A stretch of 62,970 nucleotides of DNA, counting the filler, from Streblomastix strix (lineage: Eukaryota): NCBI GenBank assembly GCA_008636045.1. It is 4 parts of 4 records of this genome, joined end to end, with 100 filler letters (N's around TTAATTAATTAA, not from the genome) between each part and the next. Parts side by side here need not be neighbours in the genome. Positions count along the whole stretch, not along the records: positions 1 to 15,685 come from SNRW01000950.1; positions 15,786 to 31,459 come from SNRW01000951.1; 2 more parts are not named here. One strand, written 5' to 3'. Both the position numbers and the translations under genes were made by a program. Positions 12,847 through 26,528 of the stretch are shown here, in pieces (positions within the stretch are counted from its first letter, which is position 1; each line of letters begins with the position of its first letter). Under the pieces are notes generated by a model. That model did not search any database and was not told the origin of the DNA. It saw nothing but the letters and a program-made list of their open reading frames with translations.

Positions 12847-13170
12847 TCAAAGAGTTATTTAATGTTCAACAATAAAAACATCAAACTCCTGCTATAATTA
12901 TGGTTACGCATTATATAAAATGTTTATTGTTTCCAGGTTGTTTTCCATCATTTTTGTATAGTGTTTTATTTGTTCTTTTGCATTATTCACTACTTCATCA
13001 ATTGTATAACTAATGGTATGCAAATTGACTCCTATTGTTCGTTCACATTATTTAATATAATTTGATGGATTTTAAACCTATTTTTCAAACCTTTTTATGT
13101 CCTATAATGCTGTACTATAATGTAGTATTGATAATTCAAATGTTGTTAAAACTTTATTTAATTTATCCAT
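12847..13170 (-). CDS. Hypothetical 107-aa protein of the Polinton-like element
   Basis: Intact: MDKLNKVLTTFELSILHY...FIVEHQITL-TGA; TAAATAAATG start context. Confidence 0.6.
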
Positions 13171-13186
13171 TTATTTAAAATTTAAA

Positions 13187-14654
13187 TCATTGAAACTGTA
13201 TTTCCAGTAGTAAATTACTGTATATATCCAATAACTGCATAGATATTTTTCTGCCAAAATTGTCATATAAAGTGAATACCAAAGACTTATTTTAACCTAT
13301 CAAACACTATTAAGACATCATGTTTTACCCCCATAATACTGGCGCATCAACCAAGTTTTATTTAAAGCATACATTTGAAAACTCATTGCCGCCAATTGAC
13401 TATAAAGTAATGCCTTATAGCTAGTTTGAAACACTAATTATTAACATCTGCGGATATTCAAAAAAATTATCAATATATGGGCAAAAAATTTGTAAATCAG
13501 TTTCTATGCTTTAATTATCAAGTTTTGTTTAGTAAAAACATATATCTAGGTCTATTTACTTAATAGCAGATGATAAATTTATTACTTGATTAGCTCCATT
13601 TTCACTGTCCATCATATAAGTCTTAAGCATCAGCTAGTTATACATACAAATTAGGCGATAAATTTATTCTATTAGCAAACCAGTAAGTGTGTAATGTCTT
13701 GACGTAATCGCTTATAATCTCTGGGATAAACTAACCATAAAAACTAATTCTTCCAAATAAATTATAAATTATTTGCCACTGAGTCACGCATAGTGCTGGT
13801 AATGAACAAATTAATCTTACTGGAAACGTATTTATATTATTAATAATTTACTGCATTGTTTGTTGCTATACATTAATGGGTTACACATCTGATGACGTAA
13901 ATGTTCCATTAGGGTTTATATCTACTTATTTACCGAATAAATATCTAACTGCTAGATCATTTTATGCTCCAAACTGTTTTGGTTCTATAGATGTTATATA
14001 GTTATTTGTTGTAGGACAATATAATCGAATTAAACCCATAGCTCGATAAGCTACATTTGCAATTGTGTCTAGTATCCAGTAGTGATATAAAAATGCATTA
14101 GTCCTTAAATTTATGTAATTAATTGCTGAGCTAACAACATCCTACCCATAATTAGTATTTAACTAGTAAGCGCTATTTTATAGTTTCTACGTGTGCTAAT
14201 TTATTCCATTATTAAAGTATATTGCTCCACTATTCAACGTTATTTATGTACTAAAATGCTTCTACATTGTATCAACAAAGTTTTATATATTGGCTAATGG
14301 TAGGGCTAGTACCATAGGCATATATTTATATCCTTATACCGTCTAGTCGCTTGTAAAACAGTTATCAATTGCTGTGTTCATGTTTAATCTTATAGGAGGT
14401 AATTTGTCAATAAGTTATAGCTTAAAAGTATCATTTGATATATTTATTTGCTAGTATATTTTCATCATATCTGAAGAAACAATGCTATGCTATATTTCGA
14501 TATAATCACCATTTAAATAAAATATTAAATTAATTGGTATATTATTAATGCTATTAACTTGAAAGCTTTAGCAACCACTTGGTATTGTTGTGTCCAACTG
14601 TACAAAATCCTTATCAGAGTCAGAGCCAATAATTTGCAAACCTAAATCACTCAT
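13187..14654 (-). CDS. Putative minor capsid (penton) protein, ~490 aa, possibly frameshifted
   Basis: MSDLGLQIIGSDSDKDFVQLDTTIPSGCQSFQVNSINNIPINLIFY...; C-terminal SLVFTLYDNFGRK resembles the h-x-h-x-L-x-D-x-x-G strand ending Polinton pentons. Confidence 0.45.
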
Positions 14655-15113
14655 TTTATTATCAAAAAATAATGTCATGTCAAATATTCAAACAGCTTCA
14701 TAACAGCATTTTGGCAATTTTCTTATGTTATAGCTACTATTTCTTTTAACTAATCCATTTTCAAACGTTTATTAAATTATCGTAATAAAAAACATAGTTC
14801 TATTTCTGGTGGTGCTTTTGTTGCTACAGATACTAATGAATTTAGAAACTTTGCATATATCATATATTCATCATAGGTTATTTTCAATATCTTACGGGGA
14901 GTCGTTAGCGATGCCATATTTAATAAAATAAAAGAAACAAATCAATTATTTTTAAAGGTTGATAATTATGAAATAATGAGTCCGCAAGCGGGCATTTTTT
15001 AACAAAAAAGCAAGAAACTTGAAATTATAATGATTATTTCACAAAATATGTGTTATACCATTTATTTGTTATTAAAAATATAAATAAGAATAGATAATTT
15101 TAAACAAAATAAA

Positions 15114-15685
15114 ATGCCATCAAAGAGATTATAGAAAGCATAGAAAGCAAAACCTAAAACAAGTGTTAGTGAATTTATTGAATCAAAAAAGCCTTACACA
15201 CATAAAGGTTAATAAGTTTAACCTAAAAATGTAAGTAAAATACCATGGGTATTAGACTAGTTATAACTATCTGAGGCTGTTAAAAAATTAGGTCCAGGTA
15301 GTAGTAAGTTGCGGCAAGAAATAATTGAAAAAGTACTAAATTATGACTCAAATATTACCCATGGAGATGTCGAAGCAGCTTTTTAAGGTATGAAAGGTGC
15401 AACAAGAAGGTAGAGACATTTTGATGGGATTGATCCAAATGATTTGATAGAATATTATAGGGATTTAGATGAACATATACGCGATGTTCATGATCCATTA
15501 TATGGTGTTTATAGAAACGAAGCCATGAGTGAATAGTCCCTAGATATAAATGCTAGAGCAAATGAACTGGCAAATGATATAGGAAACCATGCAATTCCTT
15601 AACCGTCAAAACAGTCAAAATGCAGTTATAAAGAAAGGGAAAAGGAAAAAGAAAAATATAATATTTATTAATCGGAGGTTCTTGA
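15114..15685 (+). CDS. Hypothetical protein with basic N-terminus, cut by contig end
   Basis: MPSKRLQKAQKAKPKTSVSEFIESKKPY..., open to the gap with TAA/TAG=Q. Confidence 0.55.
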
Positions 15686-15785
15686 NNNNNNNNNNNNNNN
15701 NNNNNNNNNNNNNNNNNNNNNNNNNNNNNTTAATTAATTAANNNNNNNNNNNNNNNNNNNNNNNNNNNNNNNNNNNNNNNNNNNN
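15686..15785. other. Artificial contig-joining linker
   Basis: N44-TTAATTAATTAA-N44, identical at three places; contig lengths decrease in order (15685, 15674, 15663, 15648). Confidence 0.98.
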
Positions 15786-16989
15786 AGGAAGAAATTAGGA
15801 AATAATTGCAGGTTATAAAGTAATTACCTGGAATATAGAAATATACAGGTTATATTGATCTTACAGAGCCAAAATAATATACTCCTTATGAGCGCAGATT
15901 TGATTATCAAGCCTATTGGGATGAATATTGGGCTGAATAATTGTATTAATTTGAGACTGCGCGAAGCTCGTCGCCACGAATTGGATAGTAAAAATTTAGA
16001 TTTACTTTTATTTTTGACATTGCCAGCAAAATCAACTCAAAACATCACTATTTCAAAACAATACCATATTTAAAACACCCCCAGATTGGATGATGACGCG
16101 CAGAGACGGCTGTTTGCAACTCATCTTTACAAAACAAGAACATTTTTGTAGATTCCAGCTCAAAACTGCTCTGCAAACACAGTTCAACATGCAAAACAGC
16201 TCTGCAAACACTATTTTTTTTATTTTTTTTCTAAATTTCATCAAAGCGGCGATCGGCGCCCTTCCTATATTATTTTTTTCACCACTAAACTTCTGGATAA
16301 ATATGTATAATTTTCTGTATCTTACTTACAAAATTCTACCAAAATAAATAATAATATCCAAAGCATAAACCATATAGTATAATCAGACATAGTCTTTTTG
16401 TCAATACGCAATCGAACAAATAATTACAAAGTTCAGTTGATTTCTCTCTTAGGATGATTGCTAAATTTCTATAATATCTAATAAATATAATAAAATATGA
16501 AATATTATTGTTTTCTAACAAAATTCATTTACCATATGCACATATTCACCAAGTTACTTTCGATTTTGTTATCTTCATGACTTTCAACTCAATTAGCTCT
16601 ATTGATTACCTTCTAAATAATGTAATATATACATAAATCATCCATAAATGATACATATTATTCTTTAACTATCACGTCAAATTCCTGAACTGCTTTATAC
16701 TCAACTAAAACAACTACAAATTTTTTTTTTAACTAATACTTACTAATTTTCGACTGCAGCATATTTGTTTATGATTGCCATGTGTTGGTTTACAACTTCT
16801 AATGGAAATTAATCAACTGAACTTAACCAACTTGATTTCAAAAATTAATTTTCATGTTACTTTCCAAGTTTTTATTTAATCTAATTGATAATGAGTTATT
16901 ATCTAATTACATATTTCATTATTAATTTATACATTTTATTTTCATTAAATTTATTAATATTTTTCTTTTTTGCTTTTATTCAGTCCCAA

Positions 16990-18752
16990 ATGTCAATCTC
17001 AAATCAATAAATTGAATCGATTGCTGAATTAGCTGAAGTTGGAGGAGATGCAAACTGCACTCCTAATATACAAGGTAATTATACGAATATATTTATTAAT
17101 AAAATGATTTTATTTTTTAATATTTTACTAATTTATAATCTTTTCATATTATTTCATTTATTTTCACTATTACAAATCCAGCTCCATAATATTAATTTGA
17201 TTAATTACATTCAGTAATGAAAGATACTCATTCTATAGTAGAGTCAGAAACAATTATTAAAGAAGAGAAAGTATTAAAATTAGAAGAAATATTTAATGAA
17301 TTAGAAAAGAAGGATAAAAATGAGCTATAAAAGATATTTAATTTTGACTCATTCAAATTAATTCATAAATGCATTAATGATTGCAGAACTGGAATAGAGA
17401 AGATATTTTTAGATTTTATAGAATTAATCGCAAGACGTGGAGTATAGACGTATTATTCGTGGAAAAATGTACCAGATTCTACTTTCAATGATTTTTAAAG
17501 TTCTGGGCTCTTAAATAAGATTGAATAGATGATAAAAGAAAAGATTGAAGAAGAAAAGGATGAAAAGAAATATTCATTTTAAATCGAACAATTAATAAGA
17601 ATTCATATTCAAATAATGAAAGGAAGAAAATCTGATTAATCGATGTTGGATATTTATTATAAAGTTATTAATAAAAATATAAATAATATATAAATTATAA
17701 TCAATCAATTAAAAGTTTAACATTAAAAAGGAAATATGAATGATATGAATAATGAAGAAACAGAGAGAGAATTTAAATAATCATCTTAATTAATTTAAGT
17801 TATTTCAATAATTGAATACAAAGACGATTATCCAAATCATTTAACCTCATTAATGAAATATAGAATATGTCCGCTAATCCATTTAAATTGTCCAACTGAA
17901 ATCAATTGTTAATAATGCATCAAAGTTTCATAATCTCCTGCTATAAAACAATTAAAATATGCTATTTTCTAATCTCTTGGTTAAGTTTAATTAATTAGTA
18001 TAACTTTCAGACACCATCTTATTTATGACCATAACTTCATTCTTCACGCCATTCATAATATTATTTAATTTGCATCATAATCTCAGCATGACAAGGGATT
18101 ATTCTCAATTGAACAAAATAATTATTAATTATAAGAATCTTCATCATAGCATTTATTTATTCTTTCTTCTATGCATATACTTTATGAAATAATCGGGGAT
18201 AATAATAATAAAATTGATATTAATACACCCAAACTACTTCATTCGCTTGCCTTTCTTGCAAATTACAAACTCAACATTCATTACAATTAAGAACTTGATG
18301 AACAAACATTATAAATTAGAAATAGATGTAGAAATTGTCTTAATAATATTTACAATAAAAGAGATGCATCAGACCAATTAGAACTTGTGACTATTGGATA
18401 CCCTGGAGTGTGTGTCATTGCATTTAGTACAGGAGGTGGAATTGGAGAACAAGATGATAATCAGATCTTTAATATATTAGATAACATATATTCTTTCATC
18501 CATTCACTTCATCAAGGAAGAGATTATTAATTCATAACTGTACCACGATTACCATTACTACCTTAACTTGCTAAAAAAGCCGATGAGCAAATTGAAGAAG
18601 AAGGCGGAATAGAAGAACTTGAGGCATAATTAATTAATATTGGCAAAAATGTTAATGTCTAATTCTGGGCGTTCAGATTCAAAGGAGAAATATTAAACTA
18701 CTTTATGCACTGGAGCAATCCAAAACCACGTTGGTATGATATGCGCACTTGA
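16990..18752 (+). CDS. Host ARM/HEAT-like helical protein of an expanded family (intron 17075-17181)
   Basis: Open with Q-code; motifs PLIHLNCPTEINCQQC, STGGGIGEQDD, EQIEEEGGIEELEAQL shared with paralogues in this window. Confidence 0.75.
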
Positions 18753-18940
18753 CCTGTTTTATACTCGTTAAATAGCGCAATACAATAACTTTTAAATAAA
18801 TTTTATTGGATCCGAACATGTTTTGATTTATTTCTTATAATCAAGATAACTGATATATAACACTTTTTATGTCTTTTTTTATAACAAAATATTTAAGAGT
18901 GAAAATATTCAATCCAAAGTCATTTGTATCGATTAATTAG

Positions 18941-20345
18941 ATGTCTTCATAAATAATAGATTCGTAGAGATGGAATATAATTAAAACTATTGGACATGGA
19001 GCACATTCAACTGTCTATGAAGTTGAGAGAAAATTTCACTTAAATGATGATTTCTCCACAAAATCAAAATAAATCAATGAAAAATTAGCTATAAAAGTAG
19101 CAAATGCACAGGAAAATTCAATTTATCTTGATGCTGAAGCCGAATTAATGAAAATATTAGGAGAAACCAAATTTTTTTGCAAATTTATTGAAAATGGTAT
19201 ATTTCCTGATGGGCGAAGTTATATTGTTGAAGAACTTCTAAATTAAACATTATCCTAGAGAATAAATAGTGTTAGTGGAATTATTAGTTTATAATCAAGC
19301 CTTTTAATTGCAAGATAATGTTTGAAAATTATTGAAACATTCCATCATGCTGGATTTGTTCACAATGACATTAAACCTGTATGATTATTTTTTTATTGTT
19401 ATCATTTATCATTTAATTTCAATGTAGGACAATTTTGTATATCGCTTAATATAACCAGATTATTGTAAAGAAGAAATTGTTCTTATAGATTTTGGTCTTT
19501 CTGCAATTTCAGAGAGTTATTAATTGAATTCTAGTATATTCACAAATGTAAATTGCGTTCAACACAACAAAGCTTCACGCGCGACTCGATATAGCACATA
19601 TAGAATACATGAAGGAAACGTATTGCAATTTTAACCCATCATTTAACTTTAATTATTATTTGTATTCATTTCGTTTAGATTGGAACATAAATTGATGATT
19701 TGGGTTCTTGGCTGAATATGTCTATTGAATTCAGCACTGGAAACTTGCCATGGTCTCATATTAAGGACAGAGTTTATACTTATTATTATTTTATTATTTA
19801 GTTCTAATAAGAATATTATTATTACTTTATTCATCAGAATATAGCAGGAGAAATGAAGAAGAGGTTGAGTATTGCTGATGTTGTTTAATAATCTGGAGCA
19901 GACGCAGTTTTTCTATAACTTGGTAATATCATTGAATCAGAAAGTATTACACATATACCACTTGACTATAGACCTCTCTTTGATATAATTGATGTATTGT
20001 TTTTATTCTTAATTAATATCGCATATTTTATAAACATTTTTTAATTAGAATCGGCTATAATAATTGATCTTTAATATTGAACCCTAACAAATACATCACA
20101 TCTCTGATGATGACATTGAAATGAAACTTATTGATTGGGATTCTGAGAGAAAATTAAACGAAGATAATAAAAAGAAAGGGAGATTAAAATAAACAAAAAT
20201 TACAGATATAATTTTACCAACCTTCGAAAAAGATGATGATTCAAAAATAGAAGAAGAAGATAAATCAACAACAAAGTAGTTCAAATAATGTGGAATGAAA
20301 CAATTCGGATAACATTAGGGTATTAAGAGGCCTGGATCATCATGA
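18941..20345 (+). CDS. Divergent CK1/TTBK-like protein kinase (4 introns)
   Basis: IGHGAHSTVY, AIK, HNDIKP|DNF, IDFGLS, DDLGSW, GNLPW; GT-AG introns such as 19379-19428. Confidence 0.85.
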
Positions 20346-20533
20346 ATCAGTTTATTATTATTATTTTTTTATAATAAATTAATACACAAATAAAACCATA
20401 AATTTATATATTTGATTGTTTTTGAATATTTATTAATTGTACCTTCAAAAATAAATGGTTAAAATCGATTAAATCAAATATTAAGATGTTAAAATAAATA
20501 ATACTATTATTTCTCATATGAATTCTTAATTAA

Positions 20534-21456
20534 TCATTTATGGTACCAGTTTATAAGAACTTCTCCCCTCAGTTTTGATTGATATATTGTGTTTATTATA
20601 ATCAGTCTTTAATTATGTCTCAATTCCTTCACAATCTGTGTGATCTTCCCATGCGTATTCTCAGATATACATTCATTGATCTTTTTAACTGAGTCTTTAT
20701 CATAAAAGTCGAGTTGTTCAGATTCTGCTTTGAAAGCAAATCTTGAATGATCGATGAAATCTTCATATTTGGGCAATTTAGAACTTAACCAGAGTGAAAT
20801 ACTCACTTTAAAGACTTGGATTGTGTTCTCGCGTTGGTTGACTGCTGTGAGGAATGCTTGGAAGTTGAGTGACTGTATTAATATCATTATGATATATGAA
20901 TAAATTAATTATGAATAAATTATTTTATTTTAATAAAAAAGACTATTTCCAAATTCCCACAAACCGATTTCTCTTTTGGAAGCTCAAGAACACGGACAAA
21001 TGCATCAAGAGTTGTTTTAGCTGATCCAGAAGCAGCTAAAGTCAGAGCTTCATGTATTGAAAGAGGTGAATGAAATATGTTCTGTTATCCTTCTCCAACA
21101 ACATCGATGAGTTTTGAGCCAAAACGATCTACTATTGCTGCGCGTTCTTCCCTGCTGGTGTGAATGGTACTTGGTTTCAACTCATTTGCTGGGTAGTTGA
21201 AAAGAGGGCCTGGTTAAGGTTCTGTAATAAATCTGCTAAAAAAATTAAAATAAAAAAATTATTTGCATAAAAATTAGATTTGTTAGCCGTTGTTGTTGCG
21301 ACTTCGCATTATCTACGAGGCACAGGGACTCTGGCGACCGTGTAGGGCACCTTTGAGTTCGCAAAGCTTACGGACAGTATGAACTGTGTGTGCTTGCGAG
21401 GCTGAGATATGCCCATGGATTTAACAAAAAATTGATTATATTTCAGATATATACAT
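20534..21456 (-). pseudogene. Serpin, N-terminal half only (truncated after strand 3A)
   Basis: NIFHSPLSIHEALTLAASGSAKTT, LDFYDKDSVKKINECISENTHGKITQIV, LIIINTIY, then stop with no FKGxW or reactive-centre loop. Start uncertain. Confidence 0.75.
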
Positions 21457-21899
21457 CTTATTATTCGATAGTTACCATGAAAATATATTAATAAATTATA
21501 ATTACGTGTTTGTACATATTATATGGGGCTAAATATGAGCAAAATTTGTGGAAAAAATAAACGGCAATCTATCAGGATTAGAAAACTTGAGCGATTGATG
21601 ATATAATTGTATTGAGTGTGTTTGGAACATTTTGTTAAATTTAAATACAAAATTAAGATAGAATCACTTAGTATACGGATAAAAAGTTTGTTTTTGAAAT
21701 TCTCTTGTTGTGGTAGATTCTATATCATGAGAGTTGCATTAACAAAATTTATATGCAAATTGTATGTGAAAAAATAAATTTACATATATGAAAACACTTA
21801 TGAAAGGTTTCAAATGCATTCTTATGTATTAATTTACATTAAAATTACTGTATTAGATCATTGAACAAGTGAACATGTGTTAAACAAAGCAAATAAGAC

Positions 21900-22650
21900 T
21901 CATATATGCCACAATGATTTTGTGTTGCTTCTGTCAACATAAATTTTCAAAATATCTCTTTTGGCGTTAATTGCCTAATTTCTGATATTTCCAAGTTTTC
22001 CTTTATTGATTAATTATGAATCAACTTCTTCAATTCCACCTTCTTCTTCCATTTACTCATTGCATGATTTAATAAAACGTGGTTGAGGTGTGAAGGATGG
22101 AAATTTTGTTTTATCATTTCTACCATCATAAAATTGATTGAGTATTTTTGATATATAATTCAATCCAAATTATATCTCATAATCTTCTTATTCTCCAATT
22201 CCACCTGTTAAGCTAATATGTATGATAAATGCTCTTGCATAACCAACTGCCATTAATTCATCTTATACTTGTTAGTTTCCAAATGATTGAATCCAATTAA
22301 GGCATTATCTACTTTTATATCTGATCTCAAATGATTACTTATCTTCATCTTAATTGGTGTGAATGTTGAAGTTATAACTATAAAGTTTGATTAAGGATTG
22401 AAGAAAGTTTGGTGTTTGGATTATTTATTAACATTTATTATTATTGATTCGATTTCGAAGAGTTTCAAGAGAATCAGAAATAAATGATGGAGAAGAAGAT
22501 TATTCCGTTTATTATTAATTTTATTATTTATTCAAGTCTGTATTTATATTTTGATCTAGAGATGCCACAAATGAAATTATAACTCTTGAAAGATCTTATA
22601 TTCTTTTGTCTAATTGATTTTATTATTAATTTTTGGATGGCATATCTATA
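21900..22650 (-). CDS. Host ARM-like family member (3' exon; 5' structure unclear)
   Basis: QTPNFLQSL, SLTGGIGEQED, EQMEEEGGIEEVDSQL...WHI-TGA; clear paralogue of 16990-18752. Confidence 0.7.
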
Positions 22651-23733
22651 ATGATAAGAAAAGAATAAAATGTAACATAATTAATATATAATAAAATATT
22701 TTTTCTCAAAAACAATAAAATACCTTATAAAATATTACTCATTTCAATATATATGTGTGATACTGAAAGAAAACAAAATATTCTAAACTGTTGAATAAAA
22801 TAAATAAGTTGAATAAAAAAGAAATTTAAGAAATAATAGTTGAAATATTCTGGATAATCTTGTAGAAAATAAACGAAGAAGTTTATTTTTGATATTTGCC
22901 AATTTAATATGCAAGAGTAATAATCTTTAAAATCATCAAGATATGGATTTATCTTAATATTAGAAATTTAATAATGTGAAAGAGTTGTTGTATGATGGTA
23001 AATAAACAAATTACAAGAGGGTACTTTTATGGGATTGATCAATCTGTAAAAAATAAATTTATTTGATGTTTGAACAATTAAATTATGAATTGATATTTGT
23101 AGCATACAAAGAGTGCTAAAAATTGGAGTTATTTATGTTAAAACAAAAATAAAGTATTTTCAGCTTGATCATTATGGATAAAAGCGAAAAATCCAGAGTC
23201 TTAAGCAAAATAAGGATTGGCGTGAATAAAATTAGAACATATTTAACTATATGTCAAGAACAATAACCAAGATAAACATTAAGTTTAATAAAACTGGTGA
23301 TGTGTAAATGTCCTTGTATGAAGGATATTTATTGAAAATTGCAAGTGAAAAATAATATAAATATAAATACAAATTATAATTTAGATATAAAAGCAAAAAT
23401 AAGTTACTCTACAGATAGAAATATCTTGAACTTTCTTTTGCAGTTTTTAAAATGGAAATTCAACAATTTATCAGTTCAATTTCAATTAAGATAATTATGT
23501 AGTATTTATTGGTAATATATTTTGGAAGTAGAGCATTCTGATGGAGCGTGAAACCGATCTAAAACTTTTAATTGGAAAAAATAATTTTTAGAATATTTTG
23601 AAATAATAGCCATTTCAATTATGTTTGAATAAATGATTATATTAACATGCATGGTAGTTAGTCAGTAAATTTCTATCGTTGGAGGGAAATCATAATTATT
23701 GCAGTAAATAGAATATAAACATATATTTCTCAA

Positions 23734-25617
23734 TGAAATTTTCTAGTACATTTACCTTACAATATTCTTATGAAGAAATTAATGCTTATTATCACACATG
23801 TATTGATATCAGAAAAAATACAGAAAATGCAATTTATCGAGCGATTCAACAAGCAAATAATAAAATTATATCTTAAATATCTGTTTCTCTAACTAAATAA
23901 ATTGAATTATATTAATAATTAAATTAATAAATTGATGGGCGTACCAAACTCGAAAGCATATTTTTTATAGCAAATACTATTTTTTGCGCTGTTCATCTAT
24001 TATATTTTAAATATAATTATTGATTTCATATTTTTAGATATAGACTCAATTATTTCTTGCACTGAGCAGCATGATTATGATATATATGAGTTCAAATCCG
24101 AAGAAATTGAACGAATTTTTTCATCTGATACTCTTCCTGAAGATGGGAAAATAAATCAAATTAAGAAGTTGTGCGAACACTATAGGAAATCTTCATTACT
24201 TGATCTTGATAAAATTAAATTGCTGTTAAGTGCACAAATATGCAAGTCAATAAATATAAACCTAGGGGATGTAACTGCATGTGCATAAAGAGCATTATTA
24301 GATCTTATAGAAGTTTTGGCCTAAATTGGAGCAGAAGAACCAAATTATAACAATCAGAACTTATTTTATGATGTATTTAATAACAGTGGACTTATTAATA
24401 ATGTTGGAAAAATAATTTGCTAAGCCTCATAAATCAGCATTACCAATAATAATATGAATAATAAAGATGATTAAAATAATAAGGAAGAGATTGAACAACC
24501 TTTTTAAAGTCTTCTTGCATAGTTAATCCGTGTTTACTTCTATATGGCTATGAATACAGATATAGAAACAGAGATAATGCATACTTGAGCAGTATCTATT
24601 GCTAATGACACAATATTACTACAGAATAAGTTAAAAGCTTTTAATTAGAATACAAATAAGGATCAAATCTAGGAATCATTATCTAATACTAACAAAGATT
24701 TAGAATTAGATGAATTAATCCATTCAGGAACATAGTCATATCAAGCATTATCCTGTATAGCACACAAGAATGGATACTTTATAGGTAGCATAGAATGGTT
24801 ACTTATTCATATATCATCACTATTACATATCAACTGTCCAGATGATCTCAATTGTAATAAGAGTATTTAATTACCTGATACCCAATCTGTAAATGATCTA
24901 TGAAGTGCTATAATACATGCATTGTGGACTGTTTCTTATTATAATGATAATACTAAGGAATATATTCATAATGTGCATAATATTCTTCCTCATGTAACAC
25001 CATTACTAAAAAGACTTACAAAAAACACTATTAATTAATCTGATAGATAAGTTGCATTAGAAGCACTTTATCAGGTGTGGCCTATTTTAATAGATGTATA
25101 AAGCTGTTCGCAGTCTGCTGTAACAGTTCCTTCATTTATTTCATCTCTTATAACTGCTTCTATATACAGGGACTAAGGATATAGAATGAATAGAGAATGT
25201 AAATGAGAAGATGATATAAGAAAAATGAGTTTAATGTGCTTATTCTACATAATACGAGTGGATGCTCCTTCTGCTCTAAAAGTGATGTTGAATGATGGAT
25301 AGTATGTTAATGCATTAATTAGATCTGTAGGAGCTGCTGGTGAATCTGAAAAAGAGAATAGAAACGTTAAGTTCTAAGGACTTGAAAATATGAAAATAAC
25401 TGTTTGTTAAACTCATGGGGAAGAATATCCTTATTAGACACTACAAGTAATGTTAAAGGAAATAGAAGAACAGTTTATGGAAGAAGGAGCTGATGAAGAG
25501 TTTTGTGCATGTTAATTTCTTACTTCGGATGAAATTATAATATAGCAAGATGCTTATTAAGCGATAAAAGCTTTGTTAAATTCATTCCAAGATGACACAA
25601 ATAGAAACCAGTAGTGA
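23734..25617 (+). pseudogene. Host ARM-like family member with three in-frame TGA
   Basis: Frame 24061-25617 open apart from TGA at 24586, 24901, 25204; SLLHINCPDDLNC and EEQFMEEGADEE motifs. 5' boundary approximate. Confidence 0.65.
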
Positions 25618-26528
25618 TTTTTGGAATAATTTTACATTTCATACAGTTTGAAAATAAATAATCATACAACATAAATTATATTACCAAATTATTCTAAGAT
25701 TTCAATTTGGAATTTGTCCAACTTATTAAATAACGTAACCGATATTTTATTTTAGAAATGGCTTTGCAAGATTCTCTTGCTTTTGACTGTGGGCAGGTCC
25801 TCTCTAATACCTGAGTAACTCAGAAATCTAAATTCATTTACACATAATTCATAGCCATTTTGCAATGCTTAAATTGAGTTGCTGTTCTTCTTGCACATGC
25901 TATATTTAGCACATATTTCTGTATGATTAGTTTCTTAATATTTATTTCTTATATATATATTTTTAGCAAAAGTTGGAGTCAGAATGAAGAAATAAGGTGG
26001 AATTTGATTTGGGTTATTCTTCAAATTTCTGACCTATTTAGATACATTTTGTACTTTAAACATAAAATATTAAAAATATTTTCATGTTTAATTAAGTTTA
26101 ATATACAGGCAAATCTATTACATGAAGCACAATGCTTATTCAAATAATAAAATTAAACTCCGATTTTTGAACATATTCTTACATAATTTTTTTATTGTGT
26201 GTGCGCACATAATATAGAATTATATACTTAATTACAATTTCTTAAAATTTTAATTATTTTAAACTCAATTACAAATTAATAAACATCTCTGAATTTTTCT
26301 TTAAAAAACTCTGTGCTGGACTATGCTCCGATTGATCATTAAATTATAATTATATTTATGCTTGACAAATTTAATTTTATAATTTAATTTTGCTATTTTG
26401 CATATGCAATATTATTCATTTGAAGAAATAATATTTACAAAAATACTAATTCAAAATTTTATTCTTTAATTTTTTCTTTTCTTTAATTATCATTTATTTT
26501 TAATATTAAAATAGTATTTTATTTAACA

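Larger units (their letters stand above)
1293..15685. mobile_element. Endogenous Polinton/Maverick-like virus (partial, decaying)
   Basis: Intronless, densely packed genes: pPolB, candidate MCP and penton, two fibre-like genes, small ORFs. No termini, packaging ATPase, protease or integrase seen within this contig. Confidence 0.85.

Noticed and set aside
15686..15785. TTAATTAATTAA palindrome recurring three times at ~15.7-kb spacing
   Set aside because: Flanked by fixed N44 runs; an artificial linker. No synteny may be inferred across it.
21285..21420. GC-rich stretch with GCTGAGA (TPP riboswitch-like) and AGCTTTGCG (U4-like) words and a TTGCGA/TCGCAA stem
   Set aside because: The remaining TPP and U4 core elements are missing or out of order, and the stretch is open in the serpin frame, so it is more simply coding.
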